The position numbers and the translations under genes were made by a program. DNA of 64,000 nucleotides, from NCBI GenBank assembly GCA_039190745.1, contig JBCCXZ010000006.1:1-64000 (forward strand), given 5' to 3'. Shown here piece by piece: positions 28,913 through 38,170 of this stretch. The stretch comes from Planctomycetota bacterium. Its GTDB lineage: Bacteria > Planctomycetota > Planctomycetia > Pirellulales > Lacipirellulaceae. Under the pieces are notes generated by a model, which ran no database searches, was not told the origin of the DNA, and saw nothing but the letters and a program-made list of their open reading frames with translations. Numbering within the stretch: the first letter of the stretch is position 1; every line of letters begins with the position of its first letter.

Positions 28913-30405
28913 AACTTCACCGGCCCGATGGTGCGCTTGAGCACGTCGCGCATCAGTTCGTGCGGCGCGTCTTGCTTGGTGAAGAGGAAGAACTGCAGCA
29001 TCGCTTGGCGGATGAACATCTCGACGCCTGTGATGACCTGGCAGGCCCGCTCGCGGGCGTCTTTGATGAGCAGCGTCGACTCGGGGTTGTATACCGTGTC
29101 GAAGACCAGCAGCGACGGCTTGAGGAAGGTCTTGGTCATCGGGGACTCGTCGACGTTGGGGTGCATGCCGACCGGGGTGCAGTTGATGAGGATGTCGCAG
29201 TTCACGCGGTCGCGGGTTTCCCACTCGACCGCCTTCCCGTCGAAGGCGTCGGCGAGCTTGTCGGCGCGTTTCTTGTTGCGTGAGGTGACCGTCACGAGAG
29301 CGCCGCGTTTGCGGAGGCCGAAGGCGATGGGCCGGGCGACGCCGCCGGCGCCGAGGATCAGGGCCCGTTTGTTCTTCAGCGGGCTGGGGTCGGCCCCGAT
29401 CTTGCCCAGGGCGTGCTCCAGGCAGTCCATCGCGGCGTTGTAGTCGGTGTTGTAGCCGAGCACCTCGGAGCCGTCGAACACCACGGTGTTCACCGCGGCG
29501 ATGCTCTTCACCACGGGGTCGACCTTCGTGAGGTACTTGGCGATCGCCTCTTTGTGGGGGATCGTGACGCTGAGTCCCTTGATGCCCATCCTCGGGGCGT
29601 CTTCCATGAACTGACCGAGCGCGTCCGCGGGCACGCGGAAGGGGCAGTAGACGGCGTTGATGCCGAGCTCTCGGAAGCAGGCGTTGTGGATCGGCGGGCT
29701 GAGGCTGTGGCCCACGGGGTCGGCGATCACGCCGAAGACGTCGGTGTCGTGGTCGATCGACTCGTAGTGGTAGACGTCCTTCATCTGGCCGAAGGCGAGC
29801 TGCCCCGGCGCGAGCGTTCGCTCGTGGTGGAACGTGGCGTAGGTGAAGGGCCCGCCGAAGCGTGCGACCAGTATCCGCGAGGGGGTGCCGATGTCGCCCA
29901 TGCACATGCCCACCATGGGCTTCTCGCTCTGCTCGACGACCTGGAGCATGCGGAGGTTGTCGTGCGGCGAGTTGGCCATGGTCGTGATCTTGATCACGTC
30001 GGGGTCGAGCCCCGCGAGCCGGGTGTGGATGTCGAGGAGGTCGTCGGGCGTCTTGCGGAAGTTGTGGTAGCTGATGATCCGCTTGGTCCGGCCGAAACGG
30101 GGGATCGAGGCGGCGATGTCGTCTTCGAGGTCGACGTAGTCGACGCCCTCGGCGATCGCTTCGCGGAGGAGGAGCTGGCGGGCCTCTTCGGTGCCGCCCC
30201 ACTTGCCGCCGTCCTCTTTGCGGCGGCAGGTGATGATGACCTCGCTGGGCTGGCTGACCTCTTCGGCGAGTAGCCGCCGGAGGTTGACCTTGCCGGCAAC
30301 GTAGTCGAGGCGGAGCTCGACCATCTTGGCGCCCTGCTCAACAAGGTGCGCACGCTCGGCCATCATGTGCTTGTGGCGGCTGCGGCCGATCGATACGCAA
30401 ATCAT
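28909..30405 (-). CDS. aroE: Bifunctional type I 3-dehydroquinate dehydratase / shikimate dehydrogenase
   Basis: ELRLD, ISYHNF, APGQ (AroD); HSLSP, SVTIPHK, AVNT, NTD, GAGG (AroE). Confidence 0.95.
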   Translation of the reverse strand: MICVSIGRSRHKHMMAERAHLVEQGAKMVELRLDYVAGKVNLRRLLAEEVSQPSEVIITCRRKEDGGKWGGTEEARQLLLREAIAEGVDYVDLEDDIAASIPRFGRTKRIISYHNFRKTPDDLLDIHTRLAGLDPDVIKITTMANSPHDNLRMLQVVEQSEKPMVGMCMGDIGTPSRILVARFGGPFTYATFHHERTLAPGQLAFGQMKDVYHYESIDHDTDVFGVIADPVGHSLSPPIHNACFRELGINAVYCPFRVPADALGQFMEDAPRMGIKGLSVTIPHKEAIAKYLTKVDPVVKSIAAVNTVVFDGSEVLGYNTDYNAAMDCLEHALGKIGADPSPLKNKRALILGAGGVARPIAFGLRKRGALVTVTSRNKKRADKLADAFDGKAVEWETRDRVNCDILINCTPVGMHPNVDESPMTKTFLKPSLLVFDTVYNPESTLLIKDARERACQVITGVEMFIRQAMLQFFLFTKQDAPHELMRDVLKRTIGPVKF

Positions 30406-30563
30406 GCGGCGTCTCCGGTGGGCCCTCTTTCCGCGGGGCGTCACCTTTCCTTTGGTTTTTTGTGCCGCGGCCCCGCCCCGGCGTCCCACGATTCTGTCAG
30501 GCCACTATTCTGCTAGAACGGGGCCCGGCGATCAAATGAGCCGGCTACAGCGAACGAGCGCCA

Positions 30564-32429
30564 TCAGATCCGCTTGAACTGCCGATCAAGTTGGTCGCGG
30601 GTGAACACCAAAGCCGTGGGGCGGCCGTGCGGGCAGTGGTGGTGGTCCTGGGCCAGTTCGCGCCGGGCCAGCAGGGCTTGCACCTCGTCGGGTGTCAGGC
30701 GGTCGCCGTACTTGACGGCGGCCTTGCAGGCGATCATGTGCAGCAGTTCGTCGAGCAGGTCGCGGCGCTCGGCCGACCCGTCGCCGGACAGGAGTTTCTC
30801 GACCGTGCCGCGGAGCACCTCGGCCGGGCTGAGGTTGGCGAGCATCGCCGGGTAGGCCGAGAGGAGCAGCGTCTCTCCGCCGAGCGACTCGACCTCGAGG
30901 CCGAGCTTGGTGAGGACCTCGTGGTTGGCGAGCGCGGCGGCGGCCTCTTCGGCCGACACGTCGACCGGCTCGGGGACGAGGAGCCGCTGCATCTCGACCG
31001 AGCCGCCGAGTACTTTCTCGCGCAGCTCTTCGTACAGGATGCGTTCGTGCAAGGCGTGCTGGTCGATGACCTCAAGACCGTCTTCGTTCTCAAGCACGAG
31101 GTAGCGGTTGTGGATCTGCAGCGCCGCGGGCGACGCCGGCATTTGCTGCTGCGGGCCGTCTGTGCGGCGGACCGATGTTGGAAGCGGTTGTTGCTCGCCG
31201 TCTGCCGTCGGTTGCGGAACATCGTGGAGCTCAAGCGGCGCATTGTCGAACCGGCCCGGAGTGAACGAGGCCCCGCCGGGTTCGTTTGTCGGCGGGGACG
31301 CGGCACGCTTGGCCCACTCGAACAGCTTGCTGCGCTGCTCGGAAGCGTCGTCCCAGCGGTCGGCGGATGACTCGGACGGTCCCCCAGCGTCGGCGGGGTC
31401 GTCGACCCGCGCCCTCGCGACGAGGTCGGTCGATAGGAATCGCGACCGGAGCGTCCCCAGCAGGTGGCTGTAGATGCGGCCCGAGTCGGCAAAGCGGACC
31501 TCGAGCTTGGCGGGGTGCACGTTCACGTCGACGGCGTCGGGGGGCATCTGCAGGTTGAGGAAGCAGATCGGGTAGCGCCCGGTGAGCAAAAGGCCGCGGT
31601 AGGACTCACCCAGGGCGTGCTGCAACGCCCGGTCGCGGATGTGGCGGCCGTTGAGGAACAGGTACTGCATCCGGTTGTGCGACCGGCTTTCGCTGGGGTT
31701 GGCAACATAGCCGGCGACCGAAAGCACCCCCTCTTCGTCGGTTGCTTCGACGGGGATCAGCCCTTCTGCGAGCGCCTCGCCGTGCAGGGCGGCGACCCGC
31801 TCTCGGAGGTCGCCCGTGGGCGGCAGGTCGTGCATGGTCCGCTCGCCGTGCAGCAGCGTGAAATGCACCCCGGGGTGAGCGAGCGCGAGCCGGTTGAACG
31901 CCTCGGTCACGTGGCCCATCTCGGTCTGGGTCGTGCGGAGGAACTTGTGGCGCACGGGAGTGTTGAAGAACAACCGCTCGACCGCGATCGTCGTGCCGGG
32001 GGGGCAGCCGACGGGGCGGACCGGCTCGGCCTTGCCGCCGACGACTTCCAACTCGGCTCCGCTCTCGCAGTCGGCCGGCCGGCTGCGGATCGAGAGGCGG
32101 CTCACTTCGGCGATCGAGGCGAGCGCTTCGCCCCGGAACCCGAGCGTGCCGATGCGGAACAGGTCGTCTGCGTCGGCGATCTTGCTCGTGGCGTGGCTGG
32201 CGATGGCCAGCGGCAGCTCGTCGGCGGGGATGCCGTGGCCGTTGTCGGTGACCCGGATACGCTCCGTACCGCCCTTCTCGACGGCGAGCAGCACCTTCGA
32301 GGCCCCGGCATCGAGGGCGTTCTCCATCAGCTCTTTGACCACGCTCGCCGGGCGCTCGATCACCTCGCCGGCGGCGATCTTGTTGACCAGCGAGGCGGAC
32401 AGTATCTCAATTCTGGGCATAGATTCCAT
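30564..32429 (-). CDS. mutL: DNA mismatch repair endonuclease MutL
   Basis: IAAGEVIERP, GFRGEALAS, DVNVHPAK, DQHALHER, CPHGRP. Confidence 0.98.
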   Translation of the reverse strand: MESMPRIEILSASLVNKIAAGEVIERPASVVKELMENALDAGASKVLLAVEKGGTERIRVTDNGHGIPADELPLAIASHATSKIADADDLFRIGTLGFRGEALASIAEVSRLSIRSRPADCESGAELEVVGGKAEPVRPVGCPPGTTIAVERLFFNTPVRHKFLRTTQTEMGHVTEAFNRLALAHPGVHFTLLHGERTMHDLPPTGDLRERVAALHGEALAEGLIPVEATDEEGVLSVAGYVANPSESRSHNRMQYLFLNGRHIRDRALQHALGESYRGLLLTGRYPICFLNLQMPPDAVDVNVHPAKLEVRFADSGRIYSHLLGTLRSRFLSTDLVARARVDDPADAGGPSESSADRWDDASEQRSKLFEWAKRAASPPTNEPGGASFTPGRFDNAPLELHDVPQPTADGEQQPLPTSVRRTDGPQQQMPASPAALQIHNRYLVLENEDGLEVIDQHALHERILYEELREKVLGGSVEMQRLLVPEPVDVSAEEAAAALANHEVLTKLGLEVESLGGETLLLSAYPAMLANLSPAEVLRGTVEKLLSGDGSAERRDLLDELLHMIACKAAVKYGDRLTPDEVQALLARRELAQDHHHCPHGRPTALVFTRDQLDRQFKRI

Positions 32430-32434
32430 TCCTC

Positions 32435-32860
32435 CTAACCAACCAGTTTGCCCATGCTGATGCGTTCCTCAACTGTAAAACCAAGCTGCTTATAAAACCC
32501 TGCTACAGCATCATTGTCTGAACGAACCTGTAGATTGATCTTCTTGCAACCTCGCTCTGTGAGCGATGCCTCGGTCGCGAGAACCAACTTTGACCCGATG
32601 CCTTGTCTGCGGTACAGGCTGTCCACTGCAAGCGAATAGATCCACCCACGATGACCGTCGTACCCGCCAAGGGCTGTGCCAACCACTCGATCCCCAACTG
32701 AGGCCACAAAGAACACTCCCGCGTCGGCATAGATGAAGCGGTCGATCGCTTCCTCCGGAACGTTATGGGGCAGAGGATTTGGGAACACTTCGTTCCAAAG
32801 CCTCGACACGGCGACTCGATCAATAAGCTCATAAGGCCGGATAGCGATGTCACTCATCAT
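32435..32860 (-). CDS. GNAT acetyltransferase (YpeA-like), AT-richer than neighbours
   Basis: GGYDGHRGWIYSLAV..RRQGIG..GCKKINLQVR. Confidence 0.9.
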   Translation of the reverse strand: MMSDIAIRPYELIDRVAVSRLWNEVFPNPLPHNVPEEAIDRFIYADAGVFFVASVGDRVVGTALGGYDGHRGWIYSLAVDSLYRRQGIGSKLVLATEASLTERGCKKINLQVRSDNDAVAGFYKQLGFTVEERISMGKLVG

Positions 32861-32869
32861 GTTCCTACA

Positions 32870-34267
32870 CTACAGGTCGTACTCCTTGATCTTGCGGTAA
32901 AGCGTCCGCTCGCCGATGCCGAGGAGCTTGGCCGCTTCCTCTCGGTTGCCGCCGGTGAGCTGGAGTGTCTCGCCGATGAACAGGCCCTCGATCTCCGAGA
33001 GCGGTTTGCCGACCAGGTCGGCGAGACCACGGGGGCCGGCCGCGGCGGGCTCGCCCTCGGCGGCGGCGGTCAGCTCCTCGGGGAGGTCGTCGGTGTCCAG
33101 CACCCCGTCGTAATCGACTACCACCATGCTCTCGATCACATTCTTGAGCTGCCGGACGTTGCCGGGCCAGTCGAACGCGAGCAGCCGCCGGCGGGCGGAG
33201 GTCGACACCGCGGGCACGTCCTTGTGGTGACGCTGACTGTGGAGCTTGACGAAGTGCTCGATCAACAGTGGGATGTCCTGGCTGCGTTGCTTCAGCCGGG
33301 GGATGCGGATGGTGACGACCTTCAGCCGGTGGTAGAGGTCTTCGCGGAAGGCGCCGGCGGCGATGGCCTCTTCGAGGTCGCGGTTGGTGGCCGAGAGTAT
33401 CCGCACGTCGACGGGCACGGTTTCGTTCGAGCCGACGCGGGTGATCTCGCCGCTTTCAAGCACGCGGAGCAGCTTGATCTGCGTGGGCAGCGGCATGTCG
33501 CCCACCTCGTCGAGGAAGAGCGTGCCGCCGTCGGCGTACTCGAACTTGCCGACGCGGTCGGCGCTGGCGTCGGTGAACGCGCCTTGGACGTGGCCAAAAA
33601 GCTCGCTCTCTAGGATGTTCTCGCTGAGAGCGGCGCAATTGAGCCCGACAAAGGGGCGGGCCTTGCGGGGGCTGTTCTGGTGGATCGCCTGGGCGATGAG
33701 CTCCTTGCCGGTGCCGGTGTCGCCCTGGATGAGCACCGTGGCGTCGGTGGGTGCGATCCGCCGAAGGCGATCGACGACGTCGTTCATCTGCTGGCTGTTG
33801 CCGATGACGCCCTCAAAGCCGAACTTCTCGTCCAGTCGGCGGTTGAGTTCGGCGTTGGCGCGGCGGAGGTGCTGGTTGCGGGCGGCGTTGTCGACCACCG
33901 CCCTAAGCTGCTTCAGGTCGAGCGGCTTGAGCAGGTAGTTGAAGGCGCCCTGCTGCATGGCCTCGACGGCTGACTGGACCGTGCCGTGGCCCGTGACGAG
34001 GATCACCTCGGCGTCGGGCAGGAGCTCTTTGCACTTGGCGAGGACTTCGAGGCCGCCGACCTCGGGCATCTTGAGGTCGGTGACGACGATTTCGAAAGAG
34101 CCGCGTTGCATCTGCTCGATGCCCGAAACGCCGTCGGTCGCGACGGTGCACTCGTAGCCGACGCTGCTAAGGCTGTCGGCGACGGCCTCGGCGTGGGCCG
34201 GGTCGTTGTCGATGATCAGCGCTCGGATGGGGGGTCCTGCGCTGGCCCTGGTGTTGGCGGCCGCCAT
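32870..34267 (-). CDS. Sigma54-dependent response regulator (NtrC family)
   Basis: Receiver (TDLKMP, LLKP), [31 protein letters not shown], Fis HTH. Confidence 0.95.
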   Translation of the reverse strand: MAAANTRASAGPPIRALIIDNDPAHAEAVADSLSSVGYECTVATDGVSGIEQMQRGSFEIVVTDLKMPEVGGLEVLAKCKELLPDAEVILVTGHGTVQSAVEAMQQGAFNYLLKPLDLKQLRAVVDNAARNQHLRRANAELNRRLDEKFGFEGVIGNSQQMNDVVDRLRRIAPTDATVLIQGDTGTGKELIAQAIHQNSPRKARPFVGLNCAALSENILESELFGHVQGAFTDASADRVGKFEYADGGTLFLDEVGDMPLPTQIKLLRVLESGEITRVGSNETVPVDVRILSATNRDLEEAIAAGAFREDLYHRLKVVTIRIPRLKQRSQDIPLLIEHFVKLHSQRHHKDVPAVSTSARRRLLAFDWPGNVRQLKNVIESMVVVDYDGVLDTDDLPEELTAAAEGEPAAAGPRGLADLVGKPLSEIEGLFIGETLQLTGGNREEAAKLLGIGERTLYRKIKEYDL

Positions 34268-34392
34268 GCTGCTCGTCCGGACGGGGTGCGTCGGGTCGGC
34301 CCTCCTCAGGGCCGTGTGCTTCCTAGGGACTTGATTCTCGGCTTCGGGGGCTTGCTGGCAAGCACCGGAGCAGAGATGGTCTCGGGCGGCTG

Positions 34393-35178
34393 TCAGGCCT
34401 CGCCGGGGAGCCGGGGCGGAATGGGCAGGTCGACCGTGAACTGCGTGCCGCGCCCCTGCTCACTCTGAACGGTGATCCGACCGTTGTGGGCCTCGATGAT
34501 CTTGGCGGTGGTCGGCAGCCCCAGACCGGAGCCGCCCGGCTTGGTCGAGAAAAATGCTTCGAACATCCGCGCGGCGGTCCGGTCGCTCATGCCGACGCCG
34601 CTGTCGATCAACTGCAGCGAGACCGAATCCCCCTTCGCTTTCGTACGCACGACGACCTGGCCCCCGTCGGGCATCGCCTGCTGGGCGTTGATCAGCAGGT
34701 TCAAAAGCGCACCGCGGAACGCCTCGCGGTCGAGCAGCACGGTGGGCAGCTCCGGGTCGAGGTAGGGCGTGATCTCGATGCCGGCTTCGTCGGCCTGCGC
34801 CTGAAAGAAAGCGATCAGGTCTTCGATTTCGGCGTTGAGGTCGGCGGGGCGCAGTTCCAGGTTGCGTGCGCGGGCGAACTGCAGGAAATCGTCCAGCAGC
34901 TGTTGCAGGCGCTGGCACTCGCTCTGCATTGTGCCGATCCGGCGGGTCGCACGCCGCGCGCCGGGGGTCTCGAGCCCGTCCAGATCCTCGGCGAGCAGCT
35001 CCATGTTGAGCCGGATCGTCGAGAGCGGGTTCTTGATCTCGTGCGCGAGTGCGCCGGCGAGCCGGGCGATCTCGGTGTACTGGTCCATGAGGCGCCGAAC
35101 GGCTCGTTCGGACGCCTCTTCCTGGACTAACTCTTCCTCGATCGGCTGCTCATGGGCGGGCTGACTAGGCTTGGTCAT
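34393..35178 (-). CDS. Soluble histidine kinase without an obvious sensor domain
   Basis: [26 protein letters not shown]. Confidence 0.93.
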   Translation of the reverse strand: MTKPSQPAHEQPIEEELVQEEASERAVRRLMDQYTEIARLAGALAHEIKNPLSTIRLNMELLAEDLDGLETPGARRATRRIGTMQSECQRLQQLLDDFLQFARARNLELRPADLNAEIEDLIAFFQAQADEAGIEITPYLDPELPTVLLDREAFRGALLNLLINAQQAMPDGGQVVVRTKAKGDSVSLQLIDSGVGMSDRTAARMFEAFFSTKPGGSGLGLPTTAKIIEAHNGRITVQSEQGRGTQFTVDLPIPPRLPGEA

Positions 35179-35221
35179 GGCTGTCAGCCCGCTCCGTTTG
35201 GGAGCGCCTGGCTCAAGACGT

Positions 35222-37348
35222 TTAGGACGAGGCCTCGACGGCGTCTTCCTCCGAGCCGGCGCCGTCCTCTTCCATGGCCGCCCGGCGGCTGAGCTTGACG
35301 CGGTCCTGCTCGTCGACAGCGATCACCTTCACCCGCATGGCGTCGCCCACCGAGCAGATGTCTGCAACGCTGGAGACGTACTCGTTCGAAAGCTCGCTGA
35401 TGTGGCACAGCCCGTCGCGTCCGGGGAGGATCTCGACGAAGGCGCCGAAGTCCTTGACGCTGCTGACGGTGCCGTCGTAGATGCGGCCAACCTGCACGCT
35501 GGCGGTCAGGGCTTCGATCTTGCCGAGCGCGCCCTCAACCGACGGCCCGTCGGCCCCGGCGACGGTGACGCGTCCGTCTTCCTCGACATCGATCGTGACG
35601 TTCATTTCTTCCTGGATGCCGCGGATGGTCTTGCCGCCCGGGCCGATCAGCAGGCCGATCTTCTCGGGGTCGATCTGGGTGCGTTCCAGACGCGGTGCGC
35701 TCTCGGCCGTGCCCTTACGCGGACGCGGGATCGCGGTGAGCATGGAGCGGAGGATCTCGATACGTGCCTCGCGGGACTGGGCGAGCGTGGCGCGGATGAT
35801 GTCTTCGCTGATGCCGTCGATCTTGAGGTCGAGCTGGATGCCGGTGATGCCGTTCTGGGTGCCCGCGATCTTGAAGTCCATGTCGCCGAAGTGGTCTTCG
35901 TCGCCCATGATGTCGGTGAGCAGGACCCAGCTGTCGCCGTCTTTCACCAATCCGGTGGAGATGCCGGCCACGGGGTTGGCGATCGGCACGCCGGCGGCCA
36001 TTAAGCCGAGTGTGGCGCCGCAGACGCTCGCCATCGAGCTCGACCCGTTCGACTCGAGGATGTCGGAGATCACGCGGATCGTGTAGGGGAAGTCGTCGTG
36101 GTCCGGGAGGACCGGGTTGACGCTCCGCTCGGCGAGCATGCCGTGGCCGATCTCGCGGCGGCCGGGGCCGCGGATGGGGCGCACTTCGCCAACGGAGAAC
36201 GAGGGGAAGTTGTAGTCGAGCATGAAACGCTTCGAGTACTCCTCAAGCAGCCCGTCGACGCGCTGCTCGTCGCGGCCGGTGCCGAGCGCGACGGTCATGA
36301 GGGCCTGCGTCTCGCCGCGTTGGAACAGTGCCGAGGCGTGGACCCGCGGGAGCAGGTCGACCTCGCAGTAAATATCGCGGAGGTCCTTGGGGCCGCGGCC
36401 GTCGGCGCGTGTTCCGGCCAGGATCAAGTCGCGGACGATCAGTTCTTCCAGGTCGTGCCACGACTTGCCGAACGAGCCGGCGGTGTAGGCGCCCTCGGCG
36501 TCGGGGTCGGGGATCAGTTCCGCGTGCAGTTCTTTCTTCAGTGCGGAGACCGCTTCGGCCCGGGCGTGCTTGCCCTCGGTCTGCTTGGCCTGCTTGAGGC
36601 GGTCGTAGGCCTTCTCCTTGAGGACGTCGAACAAGCCGTCCGAGGCGGGCGGCTGGAAGTCGGCCTTCTGCGGGTTCACCTTGGCGACCAGCTCGTTCTG
36701 CAACGCACAGATCTCGGCGACGTACGAGTGGGCCTTCATGATGGCCTCGACCATCAGGTCCTCAGGCATCTCACGGGCGAAGCCCTCGATCATGAGGATC
36801 GCCTCGGACGAGCCGGAGACGATCAGGTCGAGAGAGCTGTTTTCCAGCTCGTCCTGCGTGGGGAACGGCACGAACTCGCCCTCGACGTAGCCAAGGCGGA
36901 CGGCGCCGAGGGGGCCCTGGAACGGCATCGGCGAGATGCACAAGGCGGCGGAGGCGCCGTTCATGGCGAGCACGTCGCCGTCGGTCTGCCGGTCGCTGGA
37001 CATGACGAAGGTCTGGATCTGGACCTCATCGTTGAAGCCGTCGGCGAACATCGGACGGATCGGGCGGTCGATCAGCCGGGCGGTGAGGGTCTCTTTGGTT
37101 GAGGGCCGGCCCTCGCGCTTCAAGAAGCCGCCGGGGAACTTGCCCGCGGCGGCGGTCCGCTCGCGGTAGTCGCAGGTGAGCGGGAAGAAGTCGATGCCCG
37201 GCCTGGGGTCGGAGGTGGCGCAGGCGGCGAGCACGGTGGTGTCGTTGTACTGGACGAGGCAGCAGCCCGCGGCCTGCTTTCCGAGGATGCCGGTTTCGAT
37301 CGAGAGCGTGCCCTTGCCGATCTGCTTTTCAACTCTGATTTTATTCAA
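35222..37348 (-). CDS. pnp: Polyribonucleotide nucleotidyltransferase
   Basis: DFFPLTCDY, RREIGHG, SNGSSS, GDMDFK, KH and S1 domains; TTG start with aaggaag SD. Confidence 0.98.
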   Translation of the reverse strand: MNKIRVEKQIGKGTLSIETGILGKQAAGCCLVQYNDTTVLAACATSDPRPGIDFFPLTCDYRERTAAAGKFPGGFLKREGRPSTKETLTARLIDRPIRPMFADGFNDEVQIQTFVMSSDRQTDGDVLAMNGASAALCISPMPFQGPLGAVRLGYVEGEFVPFPTQDELENSSLDLIVSGSSEAILMIEGFAREMPEDLMVEAIMKAHSYVAEICALQNELVAKVNPQKADFQPPASDGLFDVLKEKAYDRLKQAKQTEGKHARAEAVSALKKELHAELIPDPDAEGAYTAGSFGKSWHDLEELIVRDLILAGTRADGRGPKDLRDIYCEVDLLPRVHASALFQRGETQALMTVALGTGRDEQRVDGLLEEYSKRFMLDYNFPSFSVGEVRPIRGPGRREIGHGMLAERSVNPVLPDHDDFPYTIRVISDILESNGSSSMASVCGATLGLMAAGVPIANPVAGISTGLVKDGDSWVLLTDIMGDEDHFGDMDFKIAGTQNGITGIQLDLKIDGISEDIIRATLAQSREARIEILRSMLTAIPRPRKGTAESAPRLERTQIDPEKIGLLIGPGGKTIRGIQEEMNVTIDVEEDGRVTVAGADGPSVEGALGKIEALTASVQVGRIYDGTVSSVKDFGAFVEILPGRDGLCHISELSNEYVSSVADICSVGDAMRVKVIAVDEQDRVKLSRRAAMEEDGAGSEEDAVEASS

Positions 37349-37404
37349 CTGTTCTCTTCCTTACTTGCTTCGCTTTTTTGGATAGTCTTCGAGTTAGCTG
37401 ATGT

Positions 37405-37670
37405 TTTTCTGGCCGGTGCTTCGCAGGCCACTGCTTCGAAGGATCGACACTGGTCGGGCCTTCGCAACCTGGGCCTTCCGCTTGCGACCGGTGCGGTGGT
37501 CGCAACGGGTTCGCTCCCGTCGCGTGAACGCGGGGAGAGGTCGATGAACGGCCGAACTCCGTGCCGCACAGAAGACGCGGTCCGCGGGGCAACGCCCCCC
37601 AAGGAGGGAGCACTCGCCTAGCGGCTGCAGAAGCGACGGGGTGAGCAGTCAACCGGTTTTTGCCAGCGGG
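37405..37670 (-). promoter_or_regulatory. Structured rpsO-pnp intergenic RNA (candidate pnp leader)
   Basis: Adjacent hairpins at 37482-37505, 37505-37520 and 37521-37532, enclosed by long-range complementary arms. Confidence 0.5.
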
Positions 37671-37679
37671 GGCGCTAGC

Positions 37680-37949
37680 TTACTTCCGGATATCGAGGCG
37701 TCGGAGCAGATCGAGGTACAGCTCGGGGTTCTTCCTCTTGATGTAGTCCAGCAGCCTGCGGCGACGGCTAACCATACGGAGCAGCCCGCGCTGCCCGGCG
37801 TAGTCTTTTTTGTGGACTCTCAAGTGGCCGGTCATTTCGGCGATCCGGTTGGTGAGGACCGAGATCTGCACCTCTGGCGACCCCGTATCCGCGTCTCCGC
37901 GTCCAAACTCACCGATCAGCTCTTGCTTGCGTTCTTTTGTGACCGACAT
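37680..37949 (-). CDS. rpsO: 30S ribosomal protein S15
   Basis: DTGSPEVQI..HKKD..RGLLRMVSRRRRLLDY; 89 aa from ATG 37949. Confidence 0.98.
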   Translation of the reverse strand: MSVTKERKQELIGEFGRGDADTGSPEVQISVLTNRIAEMTGHLRVHKKDYAGQRGLLRMVSRRRRLLDYIKRKNPELYLDLLRRLDIRK

Positions 37950-37968
37950 CGATTCCCGCTTCTCGTAC

Positions 37969-38047
37969 GTCGTATGCCCTCTGGCTCTCGGAGGCTGCGC
38001 GACCATGGTGTCGCCGGCTCAACGCCTCTTCGGCTGGCAGTTACGAC
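37969..38047 (-). promoter_or_regulatory. Candidate S15 autoregulatory leader (multibranch RNA)
   Basis: mRNA GUCGUA-AC-UGCC ... GGCA-UACGAC closing stem with internal hairpins GCC-GAAGA-GGC and GCGAC..GUCGC. Confidence 0.55.
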
Positions 38048-38170
38048 TCTTCCTTACTTGGCTTGTTGTTCTCGAACGGACGTTAATTCCGCAAATGTAC
38101 CGGCTTTTTCCCGCCGGACAACTGCAAATGGCGGGCGGGCGTCCGGCGACGTCTTCCGCACCGAGCGCAA

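Noticed and set aside
28370..30202. Apparent 610-aa protein ending in shikimate kinase (possible AroDE-AroK fusion or frameshift)
   Set aside because: Only the last 180 aa are AroK. The upstream part is an off-frame read of aroDE, and a TTGA start/stop overlap explains the junction.
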